Below are positions 28,401 to 41,777 of a DNA stretch of 64,000 nucleotides, piece after piece (position 1 is the stretch's first letter; each line of letters opens with the position of its first letter). Location of the stretch: NCBI RefSeq assembly GCF_006345805.1, contig NC_042997.1, positions 93,496,001 to 93,560,000 on the forward strand, in the 5' to 3' direction. This DNA is from Octopus sinensis. Taxonomy: Eukaryota. A program made the translations under genes and the position numbers. The notes under the pieces are model-generated. The model did not search any database. It was not told the origin of the DNA and saw only the letters and a list, made by a program, of their open reading frames with translations.

Positions 28401-31400
28401 ACATACCTCTACCCTTATCTCTAACCATCAGGTGCTCTCCCCTCACACTTTTATGACCTCCTTCCTCCCTCTTGATCCACTATTCCCACTGTCTCTTACC
28501 TTTTACTCATATACTCCCACCCATCCTTATATAAATGCAGAGTTGTCAGTTGTCATGTATCTTCTCTGTGACAAGACACCTCTGCTTGTCCCTGGTATAA
28601 AATCATCTTTCCACCTTCTTAAATACCCTCCCACCTCACTTAATCTCAAGGGCTTTTCCCTTTCCTCCTTGAATGAGAGTTCCAGCATTTTGAGAGGTAT
28701 GGAACCACCTCCTAGCCACTGTTGTTCCCAGGTCTACTCTGGCGTGAAGTAGTAGCACTTTTTAGGATCCCAGCTATGGGTTAACTAACATGTTAACAAT
28801 AGGAGTGAAGGATCCCTGGTTGTCATTAGAATTTCTTTCTAGGAGAAGGTAAATTGTATGTATGTATGTAAGTACGTACGTCAGTAGGTATGTGTGTATG
28901 CATGTATGTTGTGACAGTGAGATATGGATATGATAAAAATATTATTTCCATGCATCATTCAGAAACTAAATGCTAGTGTTGGTTATTATTTAATCTTGTA
29001 TGAACATACTTATGATCAAAGGCATTCCAACAATGACCATCCCATCATTTTTGTAGTGGTGGATTAGAATACTGTGCACTTGCTGGCAGCAGTAGTTTGC
29101 AATTGTGATGATGGTTATGTCAGAGATTGTTACAGTAGTAAAATATCAACACTCCATTTTGCCCTTTTGTTGGAATACACTGATTTTGTTTCAACTGATT
29201 TTAAAAATAAAAAAGAATTTAGTGATTTAACTTTGTCGTTATTAAGCTGGGGTTTGGAACTTAAGTTAACATGGAATTTTCAATATCAATCACTTTAAAA
29301 CAGGGAGATTGTATCATACAACCAGGGCCAGTTTTAGGCACATTGATATCAAAAAGGTTGTTGTGTTTTGAGTTATTCCTACCTAAAATGTCAAAATCTG
29401 TTCAGTATTTTAATGCTAATTTTAATTTTTATTTCTTTACTTTTTTGCGTAGATGGGCTTCCATACCACTTATGTACACGACAGTAAGCTTCTTCAAAGA
29501 TCCCACTACATCTTATATGATTGTTTTCTGTTTTAATATATTTTCTGGATTGTGCACAAGTGTATGTGTGTTCCTCTTAAGTCTATTCCAAGGCACACAG
29601 GTAAACAGAAAAACGTTATTTTTACATCTAACTAGAGTAGAAATTTTCATTAATTCTTTAAACGTTTAGCATTTAAACTGACCATAACTAGGTCGAATAT
29701 TCTAATTGTTTTATGTTCAAACTGGCCATGCCTAGCTTCTCACACTTACTCTACAATGTCATTGTTAAAATAGTCACATCATCATAATTTTGAAGCTACA
29801 AGATAGTAGATGATTACTTCAAAATAATGTGAATAAATAAGCATTACATTTGACAGAGTAATCTGAATTCTAAAGGGCTAAAAAAATATTTTTATTTAAT
29901 TTCAATTCTAGTATTGCGTCTTTAGATCTGGTACTTTTACAGCTGGATCATTTATTCATTGCCAATATACAATGGAAGTGCAATCTCCTGTTAGATAATC
30001 ATCTCTTAAACAGTATTTCAGTTAATGCAATTATCTTTGTTAATAATTATATTTGAATTTATCTGTATGTGTATTTATTTGCAACACTGCCTTTGCATGT
30101 CAACTATAATATTTTGTTTAGCCAGACCCAGCATTAAGCATGATCAACTCATGTTTTGAAACTGATTTATTATAAAGAATGTGAAGGTGCATGGTTCAGT
30201 GGTTAGAGTATTGGGCTTACAGTCATGAGGTAGTGGATTCGATTCCTGGACCAGGCTGTGTGCTGTGTTCTTGAGAAAGGCACTTTATTTTATGTTGATC
30301 CAGTTCACTCAGCTGTAGAAATGAGTTATGACATCACTGGTGCCAAGCTGTATTGGCCTTTGCCTGTCCCTTAGATAACATCATTAGCATGGACAGGAGA
30401 AACTGGTATGTATGGGTGACTACTGGTCTTCTATAAACAACCTTGTCCAGACTTGTACCTCTGATGGTAATTTTCTAGGTGCAATCCCATGATTATTATA
30501 AAGGGAGTCTTTTACTATAAAGAATACAAGTGTTTCTGACATCGTTTCAGGGAATTCTCTCTTGTGTTGCATGGTATTCATGACAGCCAAGAAGCTAAAA
30601 ATGCATTCACTGTTCTGCAAAGAGAGGATGCCTTGATATGACTATTGGTAATTTTCAGCACCTATTGCATAATGCAAGCATGATTTTCCATGGCAAATTA
30701 GCAGTGAATATGGCCTTTATACAGGTTAAATATGTCCAAAACATATTTGAAATTATCTAAATGTTTGCTTAAACATCTATGTTCTCATATAACTGTTATT
30801 TCTTTGTTTCTTATATTTTCCACTTAACCTCTGCTACTTGGGACAGTTATTTTTAGTACCTCTAAATTTTGAATATAAGATGATAACTTACTCTTGTTTA
30901 TGTTGAGGATTAACAATTTTTATCTCAGACTATTACTTCTTCATCTAGAAATTCATAAATCAGCTTTCCAGAATAGGAAAATTAAATTACCCTCAATAAT
31001 ATCGCTAGAGTTGGAATTCTTTAATACTTTTAAGGGGAAAATATTTAATAAAACTTCCACTTGAATTGATTAAGGCCATAGCATATTTCAAGTTTCAGAT
31101 TACAGCTGTTGCTTATATTTTTAAAAAAATTAACTCTGTTTTTTTTTTGTCTTTCTTTTGTATTATAGGCATTACAGAATGCTTACCAGATATGTAGATA
31201 TGTATTCTTGATCTTCCCACAATTCTCTCTCAGTTATGGATTAGTTTCATTGGGAAACAACCAGCTTCAAACAAGTATTTTTGCTCACTTTGGAATGGAT
31301 GTATATAAAAATCCATTTGAAATGCTGCATTGGCACATTATCTCGTTATTCATTTGTGGAATAGTCTTCTTCCTCATTACCTTATTCTTAGAAACCCGTA

Positions 31401-33242
31401 ACTATTGTACACGAAGGTAAGAATCACTTGTATAAATTTGAATAATATATTCAACACAGAGTTTATTTTTTTGTAGGTCTATATGTTGATTCAAAAACCA
31501 GTCCTGTTGTTTTCAATCAGAATCAATAACAACCAGAGTTTTATCAGATTGAGTAATGAAGTCAACAAAAGTCTGGCCAATTATATAAACATACCCTGGA
31601 TTTTCTAGAAATGATGTCCCCATAGATCTGTCCAACTAGATTTGTTCTGGATAGACCAGATTTAAGAGAGACCAGATTAAAAGAGGCAAACAGACAGGAA
31701 TGAATAATAGATAGAGAGACAATTGACAGACAAGAGAGCACGGAATACAGTCATGTGTTATTCACTATTGAGCCGATGTGCTAAATATTAAGTCTTTGTG
31801 TTAAGGAACCAAGGTGCTAGGTTCCTTAACACAACTTTACTGTTATAATGTGTGCTCTTCCTTGTTGTCATGTCTCATGAATGAACCTTTTTTGGACTGA
31901 ATAGTGACTGGTGACGAGAAATGGGTTCTCTATAAAAATAACAAGCACCAAAGGCAGTGGGTAGGGAAAGGAGAAACACCGGGCTAAAGAAGGTCTTCAC
32001 CCATGTAGGGTGTTGTTATCTGTTTGTGGGATATGAAACGTTTAGTCCACTTTGAACTTTTAATTCCAAACCAGGCAATAACATAGATCTACTGTAAGCA
32101 GTTTGAGCAGCATAAGTCAGCACTAGAAGGAAAACAACCTCCTCTGGTTTCAAGATGGAAAGTGTTCTTCCATCAGGATAATACTCAACCACTTACAATG
32201 AGGATGACATTCCAAAGACTGAAGCAGTTTTAAAGGAAAATGATGCTCCACCCATCATATTCACAAGATATTGCCCCATCAGATTATCAATTATTCCACA
32301 GTCTTCAAAATCATTTGGACGGAAAAAATATGAATTCTGCAGATGAGATCAGAACAGTACTGGAGGAGGATTTTTGTCACAGACAAGTGAATTTTGGAAG
32401 AGGGGCCTTGCAAGTCTACCAGATAGATGGAAGAGCATTGTAGAAAATGAAGGAGAGTGTATATTTTAGATTAAAAAAGAACATTGTTTATCTTAATTTT
32501 GAAAAATGAAAGAAGTATAAAAAAAACCACATTGTTCATATATATAGTTATTTATTTATTTATTTATTTATTCATTCATTTATTGGTGTCTATTCTTATT
32601 AACAGAGATAAAACTACACACTCAAGTATAATGAAGGAAGACGAAGATGTACAGCATGAAAGAATGCGTGTTGAGAAAAATATTGAAAAGCAGGAAAATT
32701 CTATTTCTATCTTGAGACTTACAAAAGTGAGTATTGCATATTTGTTTCTTCAATTATGTTTTCTGCTATTGGTTCATGTCATCATCATCATCATCATCAT
32801 CAACATCATTATCTTCGTTAGAAATCCGTTTTCCATGCTGATGGTTTGACTGGACCTAGTCTGCCAGGGAGGTATCCAAGCTCCATAGTCTATTTGGCAT
32901 GGTTTTTAAGGCTGGATGCTCTTCCTAATACCAACCACTTTACAGAGTGTGATGAGTGCTTTTTCTACATGCTACTAGCATAACTGCACTTTACATGGTA
33001 CCAGCATGAATATGAATGCATCTTACATGACACCAGCACGAGTGCATTTTATGTGGTACCAGCACAAATACATTTTACACATGGCACGTATTGCTTATAA
33101 ATCTTCAGACATGTTATTCAAATACACGTCTTTTATTCAGTAGTCACATTTTATTTTATATATTTTTTTTGTGTATGATTATAGCTACAAAACAAACAAA
33201 TTAAGGCAGTGTGTTTATGATGACAGACTTCAAGTTCTACAA

Positions 33243-33290
<48 letters not shown>

Positions 33291-36200
33291 GAAGGTGAAC
33301 AGCCTTGTGGTTAGAGTGTCGCACTCATGATTGCATGATCATGGTTTCAATTCCCAGATTAGCTGTGCATTGCGTTCTTGAGCAAAATACCTTATTTCAC
33401 ATTGTTCCAGTCCATTCAGCTGTAAATTGGTAACCCTGTAATGAACTGGCATTATGTTCAAAGTGAATGTTGGCCTACTCATAGGGGATGGTGGTGGCAT
33501 CATTTGAATGCTACAAGTGAGGAAGTACAGTGTGGCCAATTGTATATAACAATATCTAATAATTTTCTGTTTTTTATCTTTCTAGATGTATCGACAAGGT
33601 TTAGAAAGGATATTAGCAGTGAACCAGATTTCTCTTGGAATAAAGGAAGGAGAGGTATGATTGTTACCAAAAAGTTATACATAATATCCAACAAATATTG
33701 GGGGGTTTTTTATTCAATCTTAGGCATTTAGCAAAAGTTTGACACTGAACCAACTACATCATGTTTTCTTGTTTGATAGCATTTGAATGCATTCTATCAA
33801 AGAATGGTTTGGAAAAATCCTGATTATTAGTTTTTGTTTTTTGTTCAAAAGTATTAGATAGCTGGAGGTAATACATAAACAGTTTTATTAATTATTGTGA
33901 GAAGAAGCTGTTTCAAGTTGTCCAAAACCAATTGATAGAAATAAACAAGCAGGGTTTAATGCTGATAGTATTTAGTTCAAAATTTTGATGATCAGTGGCA
34001 GAGGAGAAAAATAAGATAAGGAAGGATTGCACACCATTTAGTTGCTAGAGATTTTATTTTCAGAATAGTCTGTAAGTCTATAAATGATTAAGTATGTCTA
34101 TGTGCATTCTCCTTAACTAAATATCAAACAATATGATTTATTTTTAAAGAGAGTATTTTTTCCATGTCTCACCCACCAATTAAAAGTTTACTACATTAGA
34201 ATATAAACTATCCAGTTTTGCTGCATTTGGTTTGGTACTTAACTGTTTTGAGTTCAGATCCCAAATAAAATGCACCTTGGATTTGCTGCCTTCTGTTCTT
34301 AACAAGGCAAATACCAGTAACATACTAACACCAAGTGAATGTTCCGTATTCAGCATGAACAAAATATTTACTTGATGTCTAATATAATAAAAAAGACAGT
34401 CAGAAATGTTACATGTTATGTGCCTTACAATATTTTGCTTCATGCCTTCTACAGAGAATTCAAATCTTGCCAGCATTGACAATCATGCTGAGGAAACTTC
34501 TATGCAGTTGCTTGATCTGCTAGAAATAGCAGACGAATCTCCCCACAGTGTCCAAAGCTCACTCTTTACTCATAGAATTAATGCACCTTACTTTCTAGCA
34601 TACAAGTCAACATAGTACATAGCATAAACATGTCATGTCAACTTTCAAACGTTGTCACTATCTTTTCAATTCTACTGCATTTCACATGGAATTTTTGGTC
34701 TGCTAAAGTAATCATAGTTTATAAATCAGTCCACCTTTCTTCGGTCTGCCCACCTTTCTTATATACCAGATGATATGGTAATCTTAGACATACTATGTTG
34801 AAATAAAGTTAGAATGTATCTGAATGGAATGTCTTTGATCATAGGTGTGTTTAAAAACTGAAGTTCAGTCTAATCAACCATAATCTTCTCTAACAAAATT
34901 GCCTTTCTCTTTTGTCATAAAAAAAAACTAATATTCTTTTCTTGTACATTACTAAACAGTGTTTTGGACTGCTTGGAGTAAACGGAGCTGGAAAGACAAC
35001 TACATTCAAAATACTGACAGGACAACTTTCAGCTTCATCTGGAGATGTTTTCATTAAAGATGAAAGGTTTGTACTTGTCAAATTTATACATTAGCTTGTC
35101 TACCTACTCACTGTATGCTTATGTTAACTAATAAAATTATGGACAGCAGAAGATTAATTCACAAAATGGCTGAGTTGTTTAGAGTTCAGGAAGTGAATCA
35201 GAGGAGATTATAGTATAAGGAAAACTGCTTTGTGAAGGTTCAAACTCTACCAATATCAACTTTTCCTTTCATCTCTTGCCTGCAAGTATTTATTTGGACT
35301 CTTTGTCTTCTGTATTTTTGGATGTGTGTGTGTGTGTGTGTGTGTGCGTGTGTGTATACATGTGATTGTCTCTCACCACCTGACAGTTGTTGTTGGTTTG
35401 TTTATGTCCCCCGTAACCTAGTGGTTCACCAAAGGACACTGACAGAATATCAGACTTAGATGTGTGCTTATGTTTGTCACTCCACCATCACTTGACTGCC
35501 TATAATGGTGTGTTTACATCCCTGTAACTTAACAGTTTGGCAAAAAGAGACCAACAAAATAAGTACTAGGCTTAGTCCTGGGGTTGATTTCTTAGAATAA
35601 AACCCTTTAAAGTGGTGCTCCAGCATGGCTACAGTCAACTGACTGAAACAAGTAAAAGAATAGTATTTTTGTTTGGCATGCCATTTAGAAAGCCTTGCAG
35701 GTTGCTTGTGTCTGATTTAGAAGCTCCCTCTTTGGCATTGGTTGTCCAATTCCTTGTTCGAGTGGCTTGTATTTTTGTGTATATGATGATAAGAATAAGA
35801 ATAATGGAAGTGATAGAGTGGATAATAGCATTTGTAGTAATTGTGGTAGTGTTGTTGCAGTTGTAATCATTGAAGGAAATATGGATGATAATGCTGGAAT
35901 TGATGTATGGGATGATGATAATGCTGGTAATTGAAGCAAAGATGGCAACAAAAACAAATAATTAATTTTGTCTTATTGTTTCTATAAAAACATGTTTAGA
36001 TAATTTATTTTATTTTATGATTTAGTTTATCCAAGAACAAAAGAAATGCTAGAAAACTCATGGGTTACTGCCCACAAGAAGATGCTCTTGATTATTTCTT
36101 AACTGGACGAGAACTGCTGTGGTACCATGCTAGAATCAGGGGTATACCAAAATCAGAAATAAATGCTGTAAGTTATTCATATCGAATTATTATATTTTTT

Positions 36201-39200
36201 TTCATTTGCATCTCTTTTATATTCTGTGTTTGAATCCAGGTTATCATCTTTTCAACATTGAGAAAAAGAGTACCCGTTATAATCTAGAACAGATAGAATT
36301 GATTGTTACCTCCTTAAATGTTGAGGCTTTTTTCGTATGTTCAGAAATCAATAATTCTTTTTCTTTTAATTCCCAATGAAACAATAAGGTAAGATATGAG
36401 AGTTGATCCCAGTTTTCTCTACTCAGAGCAATAGAGAACTTTTCTCCAGTTAGGTTTCCAACCTATTGTTGGATTTGACTATCGGTGGATAAGTGTAAAC
36501 TAACAAAACAAAGAATGTCATTGGCACGTAAAAAGCACCCACTACACTCACGGAGTGGTTGGCGTTAGGAAGGGCATCCAGCTGTAGAAACATTGCCAGA
36601 TAAGACTGGAGCCTGGTGCAGCCTTCTGGCTTCCCAGATCCCCGGTCGAACCGTCCAACCCATGCTAGCATGGAGAACGGACGTTAAACGATGATGATGA
36701 TGATGATGATAATTGAAAAATAGGATAAAACTTTATAAGAATTTATCAAGTAGTTACTGAATTCCATATACCAAAACAATTCTCGATTTGGAATTTGCCT
36801 CTTGGAGAAAACAAACAAAACCCTTACAACAATTGCTAATGATCTCAAAGAGGAAGGGAAATAATTTTTTTTTAATGTGAATTTTTAATATCTTGTAAAT
36901 TAAATAAATTTTGAAGACGTACTTGCATAACAACTGACCTGATCTGAGATCGTGTGATGGAACGAAAACAATTGCAACATGTAAGGTCTTTATAAGCCAT
37001 TTAAGAAACACACAAAAACTGTTAGATTCACTTCAATGTTTAAATTTAATTTGTCAAAATATTTTCGTCACTTTGAGACCGCGACCTGTTCACTGACAAA
37101 ATTCCATGCTGACTGTTAAATAAATTTTATTCAGTTGAATTATTTATTATTAAATAACTATAATGTTTCTTTTGCTTCTAATTAGATTCTCTGCCAATTG
37201 ATAAATACATTAAATCTGGAAAATTGTGCCAACAAATTGATAGGCACTTATAGTGGTGGAATGAAGCGAAAATTGTCCTTTGCTATTGCATTGCTGGGAG
37301 AGCCACCAATAGTACTTCTGGTAAGTAATGATATTTTAATTAATGAATTGAATAGATATCAGATAGAGATGTCAATGACTGATGAAAGCTAGTGATGCTA
37401 ACAACTGACACATTGTGTTTTAAGGAAAATAACTTGATTTATAATAATAATAATAATAATAATGAAATTATTGTATACAGTGCTCAGGTGCACCACAACT
37501 TGTCAGGAAGTGTGTATAAAGTATATGCAGTAATGTACAAATGTCTGGAAAGCAAATAATGTATGAATCAGATACATGCTTGTGTGTGTATGGAGGGGAG
37601 AAAATCAGGTGTAGTGTTGGCGAATCTCAGAAAGGATGGAAGTTTTGAAGAATGCAGTGCTCCGACAACTAACAAATGATGCCGGCAGTTTGTTCCATGC
37701 TTCAGCAACTCTCGGCATGAAAAAATGTTTCCTAAAGTCATGGGAGCTGTGCTGTTTTCTGACTTTGTAAATATGTCCACAGGTGTTAGACGGGTGGAGT
37801 TTGAAAAGGTACTCGGAGTTATTGTTTGTAAGATGGTTAATAATTTTATGGGTGTCTGCCAAGTCAGCTGCCAGACGTCGGAGTTTCAATGTGTCCATGC
37901 CCAGGGAAGTCAGGCGTTCAGAATATGGCAAATGCCTGATGGAGGGTATTCTCTTGGTTGCACGTCACTAAACAGTTTCCAGATGATTATTTAATGTTGT
38001 TGATACGCTGTATGATAGATACATAGGAAAATATGTAGTTGTGGGTGAGATAATATTTGGCGGAGTGTACAGTATGTGTGTGTGTGTGTGTGTGTGTGCG
38101 CTCGTGTGCGAGCATGCTTGAAAGCATGATGCAGTCCCCCAACACATCAGATATTGTCAAATTGAAACTACCCAGCCCATGCAAGCTAGATGTTAAATGG
38201 TGATAATTTTATAGGAGACTACAAACATGGAGTTTAATACCAATCAATGCATGTAGTGTTTATGTCACATTTTGCATTTAACATTGAATTATCACAGTTA
38301 GATCTGTGCCTTTCTCATCCAATACATATGAACTGTCTTGACAATTCTCATGCATGTATGCTTGTATATGTGTATGTCTGACTGTTTGTATCAGTGAATA
38401 CATATACTCTTTTATTGTTTTACTTGTTTCAGTCATTTGACTGTGGCCATGCTGGAACATCGCCTTTAGTCGAGCAAATCGACCCCAGGACTTATTCTTT
38501 GTAAGCCTAGTACTTATTCTATCAGTCTATTTTGCCAAACCGCTAAGTTACGGGGACGTAAACACACCAGCATCAGTTGTCAAGTGATGTTCGGGGGACA
38601 AACACAGACACACAAACATACACACACACACACACACACACAGACACACACACACACACATGTATATATACATATATGTATACATATATACTACAGGCTT
38701 CTTTCAGTTTCCGTCTACCAAATCCACTCACAAGGCTTTGGTTGGCCCGAGGCTATAGTAGAAGACACACGCAGTGGGACTGAACCCAGCACCATTTGGT
38801 TGGTAAGCAAGCTACTTACAACACAGTCACTCCTATGCATATATATTAACTTTAAGGAAGAAAATAAATAAATGAATAAGAAATGGAAATGGCAGGGTCA
38901 TTATTGTTTTTATTTCCACTTACTTTGTAATTCATTTACATATTTGTCTGTTTTGTTAGGATGAACCAACAGCTGGCATGGATCCTGCTGCAAAACGTTT
39001 AGTTTGGAACTGTATCCTTAAAGCAACTAGCAAAGGACAATCAGTGGTCCTAACATCTCACAGGTGAGTACACTTAGAATTCATAACAGTATTGTATTAT
39101 TACATATTACAATTTTCATAATTGTATCATTGCATAGTACAGTAATATAAAGTTTGGATAGATGAAGGTCTGAGTGACCAAGGAAACTAATACAGCTACT

Positions 39201-41746
39201 ATAGTTGTTTAGGAAATTGGATTGATATGGTTTTTATATAAACAGCAAATAATATACTTGCTGCTTCATTTCATTTGCACAATATATTATTTAAGAGGAG
39301 GAGTTATAAAAAATTGATAAAAAGTATGGAGATTTGTTTGGCAATTAGATTTCGAAAAGCATTGCTTTTTAATGACTTCTTGTGAGGTTTAATATAGTTA
39401 AATTTAGTGTAAATCCTCGAGTATAATCTGCATTTTTTTCTCAAAATCTAAAGGTCAAAATCCCTAGTGCATGCTATACATGAGGTTAAAAATGAAAATT
39501 ATTTTCTAAGCAATGTCCGAGTCTCTACTTGCTGTCTGGCAATGTTTATTCAGACACATTTTCTGATGTTGGGCAGAAAAATACCTTAAGCTAAGCCTGA
39601 AAGCAATGAAGTCATAAAAGAATCATCCATAACTTGCAGTAAGCAACAATTATTAAACGTTATTACTGTTATTACTGTTATTTCTTTATTTTCTGCAAAC
39701 AAAATGCACAAAAAAGCTACACGTTTGCATTATGTTATATATACAATAATGATAAAGGACGTTACCGTATACGTTTTTACAAACCAAGGACATTATATAG
39801 ACCTCCTTGACTCAAGTTAAAGAAGGGATGCGTATTATATACAAGGTTTAGGTTTTTCAGAGGTACAGCCCCTAAAAAATCCCCTATGTATTATACTCAA
39901 GGGCGGACTATACTCGAGGATTTACAGTAATTTGTATCAACTTCAATAAGGAATTGAGTGAAGTAAAAACAATAGCAAATCAGAATGAGCATTTCCTTAT
40001 TCTACCAGTAATATCTTGATGATTGCAAATATTTCAAATCAGATTTTCACATATTGACTATTTGTTGAGATTTTTCTCATATTTGTTGTCGCTGGTGTTG
40101 TCATTGTCATTGTTGTCATCATCATTGTCATGATGATGATGATGATGATGTAATGCCCATTTTCCATGCTGGCATAGGTTGGATGGTTTGACAGGATCTG
40201 GTGAGCTGCAGGTCTGTGCCGAACTCCAGTGTCAGCTTTGGCATGGTTTATTGGTATAAATATAAAATGAATTTCTTGCTATTTCTATAACTTTCTAAAT
40301 TAAAGTTTTACTATTGCAATTACTAAATTCTTTTTTTGCAGCATGCAAGAATGTGATGTACTCTGCAACAGGTTGTGTATTATGGTCAATGGACAATTCA
40401 AATGCATTGGCAGTCCTCAACACCTCAAGAACAAGTAAGTGTTGAATAAAATAATTGATATATTGTTATTTCTACCTCTTGAACAGTCCCACTGTGTAGC
40501 ACCTTAGGCAAGTACCTTCTACTATAACCTCAGGTTGACAAAAGCTTTGTGAGTGGATTTGGTGGATGGAAACTGAAAGATGCTTGTCACATATATATAA
40601 ATGAGTAAATATTCAAATGAATATTCATATAGATATTATTATTATTATTATTATTATTATTAGCAGTAAATATATAAATAATTAATCCTTTCTACTATAG
40701 TCTCAAGGCCTGAAAACTAGTCAATTACATCAACTCCAGTACTTAACTGATACTTAATTTATCGACTCTGAAATGATGAAAGGCAAAGTTGATGGCAAAT
40801 ATATAAATAATTAAGATATAAATAAGGAAATAATTTATTCTCAAACACAGAATAATGTTAGTAGAATAGGAACAGGATAAAATATCCATATTTAAAGGAA
40901 AAATTTGTCAGCAGCCAGCCATGAGACTTGAACTCACATCCCTGTGATTATCGGTCAAGTGCTTTACACACACACACACACAGATACCAGTAGACAATTA
41001 TTTATTGGAACACTAAAATCTTTGTAGGGCTAGTTGAGGGAGGAGGAGGGTGTAGTGATTATAGCAGACTGACATGTACTGATAAACTGACACGTCAGTC
41101 TTACCAAATCAATTTTATTAATATAGATTTAAATTTCGTTAATTTAGAATATTTGCATATTTGGCATAATTTGTGGATTACAGTTGTTAATTATTGGATT
41201 TTAGGAATGCATTGTCAGTCAGTATTAATGCTTGTTTGATTTTTATTTTTTTATTTTTATTTTTATTTATTAATTTTTTATTTTTTTTTACAGATTCAGT
41301 AAAGGATATTCATTAAGCATCAACCTAAAAGAAATCTTGTCAGATTCTTCCAATCTTGATAAATATGTGTTTGAAAATTTCCCTGGCTCAGAAAAGAAGG
41401 TAAACTTACCATCCATTTATTTTATATGCCCTTTCTCTTTTAAGTTTGTATGGTGTAATTTGAAGGCGATTTGGTCACAATTTCTAGCTAGTAAAATGAG
41501 TTTGTACAAGCATGTTACTCCTGTTAGTTTCATTTCCTGTAGAAACATATGCTAGTTAACATGGAGCTAGTCTAATTATCTATCAAGTTGAAAGTCAAGT
41601 AAATTGTTAAGATTAATTTTTGCTTCTGAAACTATTTCATATTGCTTCATTTTGGTATGTGCCAACACAATTTTCAGTTGGGTCAGTATATGACAGTAAT
41701 ACATAAAATCTATGCCATAATAAGTTCTTTTAAAAATAATTATTGA

Positions 41747-41777
<31 letters not shown>

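Noticed and set aside
28400-28860. GC-richer intronic segment as a hidden exon
   Set aside because: Exons 22 and 23 already join in phase, and no convincing splice pair or protein motif is visible; probably an old repeat.
36720-37130. Distinct-looking segment before exon 29
   Set aside because: Probably a dispersed repeat fragment; no termini, TSD or ORF that I can support.
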